A stretch of 64,000 bases of DNA, from contig JAZRSO010000031.1 in the NCBI GenBank assembly GCA_045651525.1, positions 3,219-67,218 on the forward strand. The letters run 5' to 3'. Position numbers and translations under genes: made by a program. Every line of letters begins with the position of its first letter. Positions within the stretch are counted from its first letter, which is position 1. Of the stretch, positions 29,779-41,923 are shown one piece after another. This DNA is from Candidatus Enterousia sp. Its GTDB lineage: Bacteria; Pseudomonadota; Alphaproteobacteria; Rs-D84. The notes under the pieces are model-generated. The model was not told the origin of the DNA. It did not search any database and was given only the letters and a program-made list of their open reading frames with translations.

Positions 29779-31032
29779 CTATAATTGAATAAACATTGAT
29801 GGGTGACGTTGTAAGTGCTCTATCCCCTGATCCAATGTCTTGCGATATTCCAAGAATTTCTTTTTATCTGCCTTGCCCAGATTACTTATCGCAGGCAATT
29901 TTACTGTCATTGGATTTACATGAACGCCATCTTTGATAATTTCATAATGTAAATGTGGGCCCGTTGAATAACCAGTTGAACCCGCATAGCCAATTATCTG
30001 ACCCTGACGAACATTTGTACCAACATTTACACCCTTGGCAAATCGGGACATATGGGCATACAGCGTTTCAAAAGAACCATTATGACGAATTTTTACAAAG
30101 TTACCATGTCCACGATTATAACTGCGTGCAATCACACGCCCCGCGCCAGCCGCCGGAATCGGTGTACCTGTTGCTGCGCGGAAATCAACACCCTTGTGCG
30201 CACGTGTAAAGCCCAATACCGGATGTTTACGTTTCTTGGAAAAATTACTAGTTATTTTTGCATTATTAATTGGCGTGCGCTTTAAAGATTTAATTGCACC
30301 ATTACCTTCGGCATCGTAATATCCGATTGTGCCATCAGACTTTTTAAAACGATACATTTCAACATTTCCGCGCAATGCCTGGAAAGACACAGCCAGAACA
30401 TTACCATTATCAATCTTTTCGCCATCAGAAAAGTTTTCTTCGTACAAAACCCAGAACTTTTGTCCAGCACGAACATCGCGTTCAAAGTCCATTTCAAATG
30501 CCAACAAATCATATACTTCTATCAATACACCAGCAGGAATCCCAGCACGTTGACCAGCCAAATAAAAACTGTCCCCGTCCAATATTTCACCACTGCGCCA
30601 TACCGCACGTGTATCACGCGCAACATCAATCGTCTTGCAATCCCAACCACCATTTTCATTGCATGTCAGCTCAACCTGACGCCATGGTGACGGAACAACT
30701 GTAATTTGTGACACAGGCGAATTTGTATCAGGACGTTTAAATTCCAACTTGTCACGCTGGGCGCGCAATCCTGTGATATCTGCGTCTTTTTTCAAGACGC
30801 GCGCAATTTCATTTACATCGTTGTGCGACAATCCCTGCGCCAATAACAGACCAGATAATGTATCGCCACTGGACACAACAACAACTGTTTTACATTCGTT
30901 ATTTGCACGGCCCTGAACCGGCGCACGACGGGTGACGACCAAGAATATTGCAATCAAACTAAGCAGTATGGCCAACGCCATAACAAGACGCGTCAGATTT
31001 GCGGTTGTAATAATATCTTTTGCTTTTTTCAT
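29779..31032 (-). CDS. M23 family peptidoglycan metalloendopeptidase (membrane anchored)
   Basis: HKGVDFRA..GTPIPAAGAG and GSTGYSTGPHLHYEI. N-terminal TM. The start is uncertain (31032, 31050 or 31068). Confidence 0.85.
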   Translation of the reverse strand: MKKAKDIITTANLTRLVMALAILLSLIAIFLVVTRRAPVQGRANNECKTVVVVSSGDTLSGLLLAQGLSHNDVNEIARVLKKDADITGLRAQRDKLEFKRPDTNSPVSQITVVPSPWRQVELTCNENGGWDCKTIDVARDTRAVWRSGEILDGDSFYLAGQRAGIPAGVLIEVYDLLAFEMDFERDVRAGQKFWVLYEENFSDGEKIDNGNVLAVSFQALRGNVEMYRFKKSDGTIGYYDAEGNGAIKSLKRTPINNAKITSNFSKKRKHPVLGFTRAHKGVDFRAATGTPIPAAGAGRVIARSYNRGHGNFVKIRHNGSFETLYAHMSRFAKGVNVGTNVRQGQIIGYAGSTGYSTGPHLHYEIIKDGVHVNPMTVKLPAISNLGKADKKKFLEYRKTLDQGIEHLQRHPSMFIQL

Positions 31033-31053
31033 GACACCGATTATAATCATTTT

Positions 31054-31830
31054 ATGAAAATAAATCAAGCGTTCGCAATTTTACAAAAATCTGGAGGCAT
31101 TCGCGCCGCCCGTGTTATCACTGAAAATACCAAGAGATTATCTTGGGTGCGTGTTCGGTTTATGGCGCATCAGTTGCGTCGTGGCGTGCCTGTGGCAAAA
31201 ATAATTCATCAAAAGTGGTTCTATGGGTTAAAGTTTTATACAAATAAACACACTCTGGACCCACGCCCAGACACAGAAACACTGGTTTGTGCGGTAATAT
31301 CAGACTGTAATAAAAACAAAAAAACTGCCATTTTAGATTTAGGCACTGGTACCGGTTGCATAATATGTGCACTGGTCAAAAATATTCCAAACACGTATGG
31401 GGTGGCGGTTGATAAATCCAGACGTGCGTTACGCGTTGCAAAACGTAATATAAAAACACTGGGGCTGGGGGACAAAATACAAACAATCCGAACCAGTTTT
31501 GATAAACAGTACGACTTTGGCGCACAGTTCGATATAATCGTATCTAATCCGCCATATATTGCATATGACGACAACCGTGTTGACGATGGCGCAAAACACG
31601 ACCCAAAAATCGCACTGTACGCAGATAAAAATGGGCTGGCGGCATACGAATCAATCGCAAGAAATGCAAAACAATGGATTAAAAACGACGGCAAATTGTA
31701 CTTGGAAATCGGCATTGGGCAAGGCAACGATATAAAAAATATCTTTTCCGCATATGGTTGGGATTTTATATCATCGCACAATGATTTATCTGGCACGGAA
31801 CGCGTTCTGGTGTTCAAGTGGGGCAAATAA
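31054..31830 (+). CDS. prmC: release-factor glutamine methyltransferase PrmC (HemK)
   Basis: LDLGTGTGCI SAM motif and VSNPPYI (NPPY). Confidence 0.85.
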   Translation: MKINQAFAILQKSGGIRAARVITENTKRLSWVRVRFMAHQLRRGVPVAKIIHQKWFYGLKFYTNKHTLDPRPDTETLVCAVISDCNKNKKTAILDLGTGTGCIICALVKNIPNTYGVAVDKSRRALRVAKRNIKTLGLGDKIQTIRTSFDKQYDFGAQFDIIVSNPPYIAYDDNRVDDGAKHDPKIALYADKNGLAAYESIARNAKQWIKNDGKLYLEIGIGQGNDIKNIFSAYGWDFISSHNDLSGTERVLVFKWGK

Positions 31831-32195
31831 TGAAACAACTGACAGATATTGATATTGAACAGATGGCAAATCAAGTGTTTGTACCAGACGCAGACACGCA
31901 CAGTCGTGTGCGTAAACAATTACACCTGTCAACGCGTATTACGCCACCTGCCCCACCTGTTCCAAAACATACCGTTTTAGATTTACATAATCTTACCGAA
32001 GAACAGGCATGGAACGCAATTATGAACGTCACAAAATCAGGCACACGCAGTGCAACAATTATCACAGGCGCCAGCGGAATACTAAAAATCAAATTCCAAC
32101 AATGGGCGCGCGACAGCCTGTTGGCGCCATATATAACATCTGTAAAACCTGTAAACAACGGCAGCTTTGATGTAAAATTCAAGAAAATAAAATAA
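31830..32195 (+). CDS. Smr domain protein
   Basis: VLDLHNLTEEQAW..ATIITGASG Smr pattern. ATG 31830 overlaps the prmC stop by 1 nt. Confidence 0.7.
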   Translation: MKQLTDIDIEQMANQVFVPDADTHSRVRKQLHLSTRITPPAPPVPKHTVLDLHNLTEEQAWNAIMNVTKSGTRSATIITGASGILKIKFQQWARDSLLAPYITSVKPVNNGSFDVKFKKIK

Positions 32196-32966
32196 TTATC
32201 GCCCTGTCAGACCAGATGGATTTATATAATTGCCATCTTTTTTTATCCCATAATGCAGGTGCGCACCCGTTGAACGACCGGTATTACCGCTGTGTGCGAC
32301 AATTGTGCCAACTGTAACTGTTGCGCCCTGTTGCGCAATGATATCGTTCAAGTGGCAATATACCGTTTCATAACCCATATCGTGCTTGATTTTCAGGCCG
32401 TTTCCGCATGTCTTGTCTTGCCAGACACTGGTCACCGTGCCATTGGCGGGCGCAAACACATTTGTACCACTGGGAACGGCATAATCAATCCCCCTGTGAA
32501 CATGGCGTTTGCCAGTCACAGGATGAACACGTTCACCAAATGGGGACGAAATACGTGGCTGGTTTGCCACAGGTTCAATAACCGGGACGTTTGAAACGCT
32601 GACCACAGACGGCGCTATTTTATTCAACGATGTCTGTGGAGTACCATAATTAAATACAGTTGATTGCAATTCTTGACGTGCCGCATCTGTATTGCTTTGC
32701 GCCGCCGATAATTCATCTTCGATTGTTATGCCATCATATGCACAATTTTTTATACAGCGACCATTATCATCATATTCACTTTCCCAAGGTTCGTATCCTG
32801 CAGCCTCGTTCGCCATTCTGTCAACAAATGATAAATCCTGATAAACTGTGGGAAATTTTTGGGCGCTTAGAAAACTTTTTTGCGCACTGCGTGTTAAAAC
32901 ACCTGGCTCCAAGCCATATGTAACAGTTGAAAATCCAAACATCAAAAATAAAACTACTTTCCGCAT
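32196..32966 (-). CDS. secreted M23 family peptidase
   Basis: Signal peptide MRKVVLFLMFGFSTVTYG. HRGIDYAV..GTNVFAPANG and GNTGRSTGAHLHYGI. Confidence 0.85.
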   Translation of the reverse strand: MRKVVLFLMFGFSTVTYGLEPGVLTRSAQKSFLSAQKFPTVYQDLSFVDRMANEAAGYEPWESEYDDNGRCIKNCAYDGITIEDELSAAQSNTDAARQELQSTVFNYGTPQTSLNKIAPSVVSVSNVPVIEPVANQPRISSPFGERVHPVTGKRHVHRGIDYAVPSGTNVFAPANGTVTSVWQDKTCGNGLKIKHDMGYETVYCHLNDIIAQQGATVTVGTIVAHSGNTGRSTGAHLHYGIKKDGNYINPSGLTGR

Positions 32967-33051
32967 AAGAATATTATACCATATTCGCAAATATTTTTCA
33001 TGACTAAATTCTTTTTTTATGCTATTAGTGAATTTAACAGGAAGATTTAAT

Positions 33052-33990
33052 ATGAAAAAAACACAAACCGTTTACAGTCACATTCGGTCAAACAACCTGA
33101 AAACCATGGGCTTGGTTGTATTGTTCCCGCTGATTTTTATTGCGCTGATATTCTTGTTCGTGTGGGCGGTTGCACCAATAAATCAGGCAATTGAAACAAC
33201 CGTTTCTGTGGCAATACCAACATTTGTCGCATGTATGATATGGATGTTAATTTCATGGGCGTTTGGCGATTCAATGATTTTAAATGTCGCAGGCGCACAT
33301 GAAATAAAATCAAACAACCCCGAACACCGCGAAATATACCGCCGTGTAGAAAATGTCGCATTGGCCGCAGGTCTGCCAACACCACGCGTGTATATTATTG
33401 ACGATAATTCGCTGAACGCATTCGCCACAGGTCGCACGCCACGTGACGCGTCTGTTGCACTGACACGCGGAATTATAAAAAAATTAGACGGCCCAGAACT
33501 GGATGGAGTAATCGCACACGAAATGGCGCATATTGGAAATCGTGATATCAGACTGGATATGTTTTTAATCACTGGAATTGGTGTAACTGTATTTATCGCA
33601 GATGTTTTATCACGCAGTATTATGTATGGCAATCATAACACGTCAAATGATGATAATCGTGGAAATAGCACTGCGATTTTAATGATGGTTTGGCTGGCAT
33701 TTACGGTGTTTAATTTTATCATTACACCACTATTACGAATGGCAGTGTCACGCAATCGTGAATATGCTGCAGATGCAACTGGCGCACTGATAACACGCGC
33801 CCCAAAATCACTGGCAAACGCGTTACAAAAAATCAGTTCTGATGCGCGCGTTGAATCAGTCGACAATATGAAATCCATGGCGGCAATTTTTATTGAAAAT
33901 CCGGCAAAACCAAATCAGTTTTTTTCTGATTTAATGGCCACACACCCATCAGTCAAAAACAGAATTAAACGACTGAACTCAATGATTTAA
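33052..33990 (+). CDS. htpX: M48 family membrane protease HtpX
   Basis: HEMAH zinc motif and multiple TMs. Start ATG 33052 with SD. Confidence 0.88.
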   Translation: MKKTQTVYSHIRSNNLKTMGLVVLFPLIFIALIFLFVWAVAPINQAIETTVSVAIPTFVACMIWMLISWAFGDSMILNVAGAHEIKSNNPEHREIYRRVENVALAAGLPTPRVYIIDDNSLNAFATGRTPRDASVALTRGIIKKLDGPELDGVIAHEMAHIGNRDIRLDMFLITGIGVTVFIADVLSRSIMYGNHNTSNDDNRGNSTAILMMVWLAFTVFNFIITPLLRMAVSRNREYAADATGALITRAPKSLANALQKISSDARVESVDNMKSMAAIFIENPAKPNQFFSDLMATHPSVKNRIKRLNSMI

Positions 33991-34017
33991 CAACACAATT
34001 TAAAGGAAGGTATCAAT

Positions 34018-34596
34018 ATGGCAAATTTGCATTTCCACTATGGCGTGATGAGCAGTTCAAAATCCGCAGCCCTGATAATAACAGCATATAATTTTACACT
34101 AAATAAAAACCAGGTAGAGGTTATAAAACCATCATTCGACACGCGCAGTGCTGATGATAAAATTGAATCACGAATTGGCTTGAAATGGGATGCAATCGCA
34201 ATGCCAAATTTACAAAATTACACACCAAAACCAGACACAAAAATTATACTGGTTGACGAGGTACAATTCTTTACACCATCCGACATTGATAAACTGGTAC
34301 ACATTGCCGATACGCACAACAAAATCATAATGTGTTATGGTCTGATGGTGGACAGTAATGAAAAAATATTTCCTGCATCGCAACGATTGATAGAAGTCGG
34401 TGCAAAATTACACCACAAAGAATCGCCATGCCAAATACACGGATGCACGAAACTGGCAACGCATCATTTACGATTTGACGCATCTGGCAATGTAATTCGC
34501 GCAGGCGATCAATTTGCCGTCGGCGACAGTAATTATAAATCCGTATGTCGTCATCATTACAACATGCTGTACCACAGAAAAAATAAGGCACGATAA
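34018..34596 (+). CDS. tdk: thymidine kinase
   Basis: P-loop-like GVMSSSKSAAL, VDEVQFF, C-terminal Cys cluster C..C....C..H. Confidence 0.88.
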   Translation: MANLHFHYGVMSSSKSAALIITAYNFTLNKNQVEVIKPSFDTRSADDKIESRIGLKWDAIAMPNLQNYTPKPDTKIILVDEVQFFTPSDIDKLVHIADTHNKIIMCYGLMVDSNEKIFPASQRLIEVGAKLHHKESPCQIHGCTKLATHHLRFDASGNVIRAGDQFAVGDSNYKSVCRHHYNMLYHRKNKAR

Positions 34597-34652
34597 AAAA
34601 ATATTATTTTTGCTTGCAATTTAAATAAAATGATATAAAATACATAACCGTT

Positions 34653-34729
34653 GCATCCATAGCTTAACTGGATAAAGCATCTGACTACGGATCAGAAGAC
34701 TGAGGGTTCGAATCCTTCTGGATGCGCCA
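34653..34729 (+). tRNA. tRNA-Arg (anticodon ACG), CCA encoded
   Basis: Hand-folded cloverleaf. Acceptor GCATCCA/TGGATGC, D arm GCTT..AAGC, anticodon arm TCTGA-CTACGGA-TCAGA, T arm GAGGG-TTCGAAT-CCTTC, 77 nt. Followed by hairpin + T7. Confidence 0.92.
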
Positions 34730-34856
34730 GATTTAATAAAAAGTGTCGCCTTGTGCGGCATTTTTTTATTAAACCGTGTATCACACGGGAATTCGAACCC
34801 TGGTTCGAGCCGTAGGCGAAAGGGGCCCATAAAGCGACAGCGAATATGGGAATTAC

Positions 34857-34875
34857 AATCCTTCTGGATGCGCCA
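34857..34875 (+). repeat. exact 19-nt copy of the tRNA-Arg 3' end (att-like scar)
   Basis: aatccttctggatgcgcca is identical to 34711..34729. There is no upstream cloverleaf. Confidence 0.85.
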
Positions 34876-35022
34876 CGAATTCAAACACCGCCGTTTGGCG
34901 GTGTTTTAATTTGTCTTGCGTATCCAAGGATTTGAACCCGAACAGAGGGTTCGACAATGAGTAAGCGAGAACAAACATCGTGCAGTTCGAGTGCTAACGA
35001 ATGCCCCGCAGGCATTTATGCC

Positions 35023-35070
35023 GAGGGAATCCTTGCTGCGTGCGCCAGATTTAATAAAAAGTGTCGCCTT
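35023..35070 (+). repeat. degenerate copy of the tRNA-Arg 3' end plus 23 nt of its downstream flank
   Basis: gcgccagatttaataaaaagtgtcgcctt (35042..35070) is identical to 34724..34752. The T-arm part is decayed. Confidence 0.8.
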
Positions 35071-35084
35071 ATGCAACTTTGTAC

Positions 35085-35113
35085 TTGCCTTTTTGTGTCA
35101 AAATCCATACAAT
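35085..35113 (+). promoter_or_regulatory. candidate sigma70 promoter of the Cys-rich protein locus
   Basis: TTGCCT-17-TACAAT, about 30 nt upstream of SD AGGGG and ATG 35144. Confidence 0.45.
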
Positions 35114-35183
35114 TTTTTATTATTAAATACGTAGGGGCGAATTATGAAAGTTTTCTTGTCTATTTTTGATATATTGACCGGCG

Positions 35184-35288
35184 CAACAAACAAACAAACA
35201 AACAAACAAACAAACAAACAAACAAACAAACAAACAAACAAACAAACAAACAAACAAACAAACAAACAAACAAACAAACAAACAAACA
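35184..35288 (+). repeat. tetranucleotide microsatellite (CAAA)25
   Basis: 25 perfect CAAA units at 35187..35286 plus partial units. They lie between ATG 35144 and ATG 35289. Confidence 0.98.
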
Positions 35289-36581
35289 ATGAAAATGTTT
35301 TTGTCTGTTTTTACGGCTTTGTTAATTACATCTGTAACACCAGTGTTTAATGCCATGGCCGCCACACCCCGAAGGAACGGCACCACAACAACAACCGCAC
35401 GCAGTAAATCAAACACCCCAACAACCGCATTTACCGACGCAGAAAAGAAATTAAAAGATTTAGAAAACGCATTGAAAGCCAAATTGGCAGAAATAAAAAA
35501 AGCAGAAGAAGACAAAGAAGCAAAAACGCCAGATAACACAATTGACACAAGCCAAACAATAGACAAAAAAGAAGATTGCGAAAAAATAACAGAACTCAGG
35601 TCTGGCACAGAATGTTATAAAGACGCCCAAACCGGTAAATGGAAAATTCGCTGGACATTTAAGGTTGGCGACGATTGCCCGGTAAAGGACTGCAGTGTTG
35701 ACAAGGCTGTGACAAAATGCGTATATGAAAAGGTAACAGAATCTTCGTTTAGTTGCAAGATTACAGAATGCATTGACACCCATGAAGTTATCGGGGGCGT
35801 TTGCAAGAAAAAAGAATCCGACTCAGCAAATGAAGAAAACAATCAGCCAGACGAACATGCAAAATGCTGGGAAAATGTAGATTTTGCAACTGCTGGTAAC
35901 TGGACTGGTACCTATTGCGATATTTCAGAGTGCGAAGACGGCTATAAAGTAGACCGCAGCAGAACAGCATGTGAAGAAGACGAACAGCCAGACGAACATG
36001 CAGAATGCTGGAAAGAGGTAGATTACGCAACCGCCGGAACATGGTCAGGTACCTATTGCAAAATTACCCAATGTCAAAATGGGTATCATGTGTCGGAAAA
36101 CGATTTGTCAAAATGTGAAGAAAACTGTTGGGAAAAACAAGACAGAAACGCGAAGTATGGACGCGTGTTAAATAATACTTGCACCATTACAGAATGTAAA
36201 AGGGGTTATTATATCTATAATAATAAATGCGAGGAAGAAATAAGAACATCCGGCTGTCACTACGATTTTGATGAACAAAAATATGGTGTCGGATACAAAT
36301 GGATACAAGAATCCGAAAAAGATACAGAATCAGACGGAAAACAATACTGTAAAATCACAAAATGTCACCCGTGCACGACCTTGAAAGAGAACAAATGCGT
36401 TTTAACTAACAAATGCATGCTAGTAGAAGATACTGTTGTCGCTTGTTGGGATTTAGGCGGCCAACCTGAAAAAGCAAATTATGAAAAAAGATATTGGTGT
36501 TATTGTTCTGATGGCTACAAAAGAGATTATTTTCAATTTACAACCCAACGGTGCGTTAATAACGAGCTTATAGATATGTAA
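35289..36581 (+). CDS. secreted Cys-rich repeat protein (unknown family); an alternative SD-equipped start at 35144 is out of frame in this sequence
   Basis: Signal peptide MKMFLSVFTALLITSVTPVFNAMA, a charged linker, then repeated C..I(T/S)(E/Q)C..GY......C modules, including a 141-bp tandem duplication (35844/35985). Confidence 0.8.
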   Translation: MKMFLSVFTALLITSVTPVFNAMAATPRRNGTTTTTARSKSNTPTTAFTDAEKKLKDLENALKAKLAEIKKAEEDKEAKTPDNTIDTSQTIDKKEDCEKITELRSGTECYKDAQTGKWKIRWTFKVGDDCPVKDCSVDKAVTKCVYEKVTESSFSCKITECIDTHEVIGGVCKKKESDSANEENNQPDEHAKCWENVDFATAGNWTGTYCDISECEDGYKVDRSRTACEEDEQPDEHAECWKEVDYATAGTWSGTYCKITQCQNGYHVSENDLSKCEENCWEKQDRNAKYGRVLNNTCTITECKRGYYIYNNKCEEEIRTSGCHYDFDEQKYGVGYKWIQESEKDTESDGKQYCKITKCHPCTTLKENKCVLTNKCMLVEDTVVACWDLGGQPEKANYEKRYWCYCSDGYKRDYFQFTTQRCVNNELIDM

Positions 36582-36608
36582 AACACATTTATTTTCATAT
36601 TGTGTTAG

Positions 36609-38627
<2,019 letters not shown>

Positions 38628-38653
38628 AAAAACCGCCGATTGGCGGTTTTTTA
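38628..38653. terminator. bidirectional intrinsic terminator between ligA and the convergent small gene
   Basis: aaaaaACCGCCgattGGCGGTtttttt. Confidence 0.75.
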
Positions 38654-38667
38654 TTATTTCGTTTTCT

Positions 38668-38892
38668 TTAACGACGGCGAAAGCCATTGTGTTGTGCATT
38701 GTTGCTGGAACGCTTTGACAGATAGCGTGCCGCAATCAAAACCAACCATTCTAATGACAGTGCAGCCAAGTAAAGCAATTTGTTTTCAATCCCAGATACA
38801 AAACCCAAGACATAAACCAACTGGGCAATAAATGATACATATAAAATGCCAAATACGCCTGTAAAGAATACTTTCTTAACTTTTCCAAACAT
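38668..38892 (-). CDS. small two-TM membrane protein (hypothetical)
   Basis: 74 aa with two hydrophobic helices. SD AGGAAGG 8 nt upstream of the ATG. Confidence 0.55.
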   Translation of the reverse strand: MFGKVKKVFFTGVFGILYVSFIAQLVYVLGFVSGIENKLLYLAALSLEWLVLIAARYLSKRSSNNAQHNGFRRR

Positions 38893-38933
38893 TTTTTTGC
38901 CTTCCTATATTTTTTATAATGTTTTATTAAAAC

Positions 38934-39271
38934 GTCGGGTTTCTGGTGCCAGGTACCCGACAGACCCCGCAATAACTTAAACGAATGTGGTCAACAATCG
39001 CCAACCATATTCAAGCCATTATTAGGCAGCCATTGCAATGCGAACATTGTCGTTCGCAGCGATTCTATCGCCATTCAGTTTTTAGTCGGCTTTTAACGAC
39101 GCCATGTCGGATTCAACCAATTTGTCTTTCATCATCTGTCGAATCTATGTCAGCCCCATAACCAAATATGACACAAATCATATCAAGTAATGGTGGAGCT
39201 GTGGGGTACCGCCCCCCAGTCCAAAATGACTATTGCACAACGGCTTCAGAATCATCATCACTTGCGTGACG
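38934..39271 (-). ncRNA. ssrA: tmRNA (ssrA), circularly permuted two-piece type
   Basis: Minus strand. The acceptor piece ends ..GGACUGGGGGGCGGUACCCCACAGCUCCACCA at 39191. The coding piece starts GGGGCUGACAUAGAUUCGAC at 39157. Tag frame GCUGCGAACGACAAUGUUCGCAUUGCAAUGGCUGCC UAA UAA = AANDNVRIAMAA** (39060..39019). The G3:U pair is present in the acceptor stem. Confidence 0.88.
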
Positions 39272-39276
39272 GGGTA

Positions 39277-40347
<1,071 letters not shown>

Positions 40348-40416
40348 TTTTGATTTTTAGTGTTTTCTCTGCTATGATTTGGTCAGAAACACAAACCATA
40401 AAGGAGAAAACAAACC

Positions 40417-41040
40417 ATGGTATCATTAAAAGGTACACAAACAGAAAAAAATCTGTTGATTGCGTTTGCAGGTGAATCACAGGCACGTAATCGTTACACA
40501 ATGTATGCATCCCAGGCCAAGAAAGACGGTTTTCAGGCAATTTCTAAAATCTTTTTAGAAACAGCAGACCAAGAAAAAGAACATGCATCACGTTTGTTCA
40601 AATTCTTAGAAGGTGGTGATATTGAAATCACTGCTTCTTTCCCAGCAGGCAAAATCGGCACAACACTGGAAAACTTGCAGGCTGCTGCATATGGCGAACA
40701 CGAAGAAAATACAGAAATGTATCCAAAGTTCGCACAGATTGCTGCCCAAGAAGGTTTCCCAGCAATTGCAGAAATCTTGAAAAACATTGGTTTGGCAGAA
40801 CGTTATCACGAATCGCGTTTTCGCGCCTTGGCCGAAGCAATCGAAGACGGCACATTGTTCAAACAAGATAAAATCGTTATGTGGCGTTGCACAAACTGTG
40901 GCATGTGGCACATTGGGATCGAAGCGCCATCAGTATGCCCAGCATGCCTGCATGAACAAGGCTATTTCATCAGCGAAGGCACAACATCACGTTGTGACAC
41001 GAACGAAGGTTTCTGTGAATATTCAGTTATCGATGATTAA
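40417..41040 (+). CDS. rbr: rubrerythrin
   Basis: GESQARNRY..EKEHA diiron four-helix motifs and a C-terminal rubredoxin-like CTNCG..CPAC. Confidence 0.88.
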   Translation: MVSLKGTQTEKNLLIAFAGESQARNRYTMYASQAKKDGFQAISKIFLETADQEKEHASRLFKFLEGGDIEITASFPAGKIGTTLENLQAAAYGEHEENTEMYPKFAQIAAQEGFPAIAEILKNIGLAERYHESRFRALAEAIEDGTLFKQDKIVMWRCTNCGMWHIGIEAPSVCPACLHEQGYFISEGTTSRCDTNEGFCEYSVIDD

Positions 41041-41066
41041 AAAAACCGCCAATTGGCGGTTTTTTA

Positions 41067-41528
41067 TTATTCTGCAACAGCTGGCTGTTGTGGTGCAGGA
41101 CGATGCATAGGCTTTTTTGGCTGATGCATATTTTGTGGTTTACGCATATTTTTTGGTTGACGCATATGCTTTTTTGATGCTTTGAATTCATCAACCGAAA
41201 CACAACCGTCATGATTTGCGTCCATTTTTTCAACCATTTGTGCCATCTTTGGGCATTTTACAACCAAGCAACCATTATCAAATTCTGGACGTGGCATTTT
41301 TTTATACATTTTATGAGTATTGCACATTTTCGCAGTTGCAAAACCCAACGCAAAAACGATAATAATAGCGATTATTTTTTTAAATGCGTGACCATGATGA
41401 CATTTGCAACCGCATTTGTGTTCACAACAGCAATGAGCATGTTCAACAACAGGCGCAACTTTTTTTGCGGTCGTTTTCTTGGCAACTGTTTTTTTAGTTA
41501 CAGTCTTTTTTGTTGTTTGTTTTGGCAT
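41067..41528 (-). CDS. membrane protein with Cys/His cluster and EF-hand-like loop (unknown function)
   Basis: Lys-rich N-terminus, HAHCCCEHKCGCKCHHGH, TM IIAIIIVFALGFA, DANHDGCVSVDEF (DxNxDGxxxxxE), C-terminal MRQPKN-type repeats. Start ATG 41528 with SD AAGGAAGG. Confidence 0.65.
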   Translation of the reverse strand: MPKQTTKKTVTKKTVAKKTTAKKVAPVVEHAHCCCEHKCGCKCHHGHAFKKIIAIIIVFALGFATAKMCNTHKMYKKMPRPEFDNGCLVVKCPKMAQMVEKMDANHDGCVSVDEFKASKKHMRQPKNMRKPQNMHQPKKPMHRPAPQQPAVAE

Positions 41529-41650
41529 ATGTTCCTTCCTTTGTTTTGTATGCAATGTAATTTTATTTTATCAAAAAACAGTTGTAAAGAAAAAAATTAA
41601 AAAGTCCCCCGGTTGGGGAACTTTTTTTCAATTTACACAAATCAAACGAT

Positions 41651-41923
41651 TTAGTTCAAAGCGTCTTTCAATGCTTTACCTGGTTTGAATTTAGGCTGTG
41701 TGGATGCTGGGATTTTAATTGCAGCACCTGTTTGTGGGTTACGACCTGTTGTTGCTTTGCGTTTTGCAGTTGTGAATGTACCAAAGCCAACCAAGCGAAC
41801 TTCGCCTTTCTTTTTCAGAACTTTTGTAACTGTGTTGATAAATTCATTCAAGCAGCCAGCTACTGTTGCTTTTGTAACGTTTACTTCGTTTGCGATTGCT
41901 TCAATCAATTGTTGTTTGTTCAT
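41651..41923 (-). CDS. hup: DNA-binding protein HU
   Basis: MNKQQLIEAIA..GFGTFTTAKRKATTGRNPQTGAAIKIPAS. Confidence 0.93.
   Translation of the reverse strand: MNKQQLIEAIANEVNVTKATVAGCLNEFINTVTKVLKKKGEVRLVGFGTFTTAKRKATTGRNPQTGAAIKIPASTQPKFKPGKALKDALN

Noticed and set aside
34621-35060. 87-aa minus-strand ORF over the tRNA, and possible additional tRNA genes in the T-loop-like fragments (ggttcgaat.., gggttcaaatcc..)
   Set aside because: I could not fold a complete cloverleaf around any fragment on either strand, and only 3'-end pieces are present. The ORF overlaps tRNA-Arg.
35098-35608. Minus-strand ORFs with (FVCL)n (35098..35289 and 35123..35608)
   Set aside because: They are an artefact of the stop-free (TTTG)n complement of the microsatellite and are antisense to the signal peptide of the real gene.
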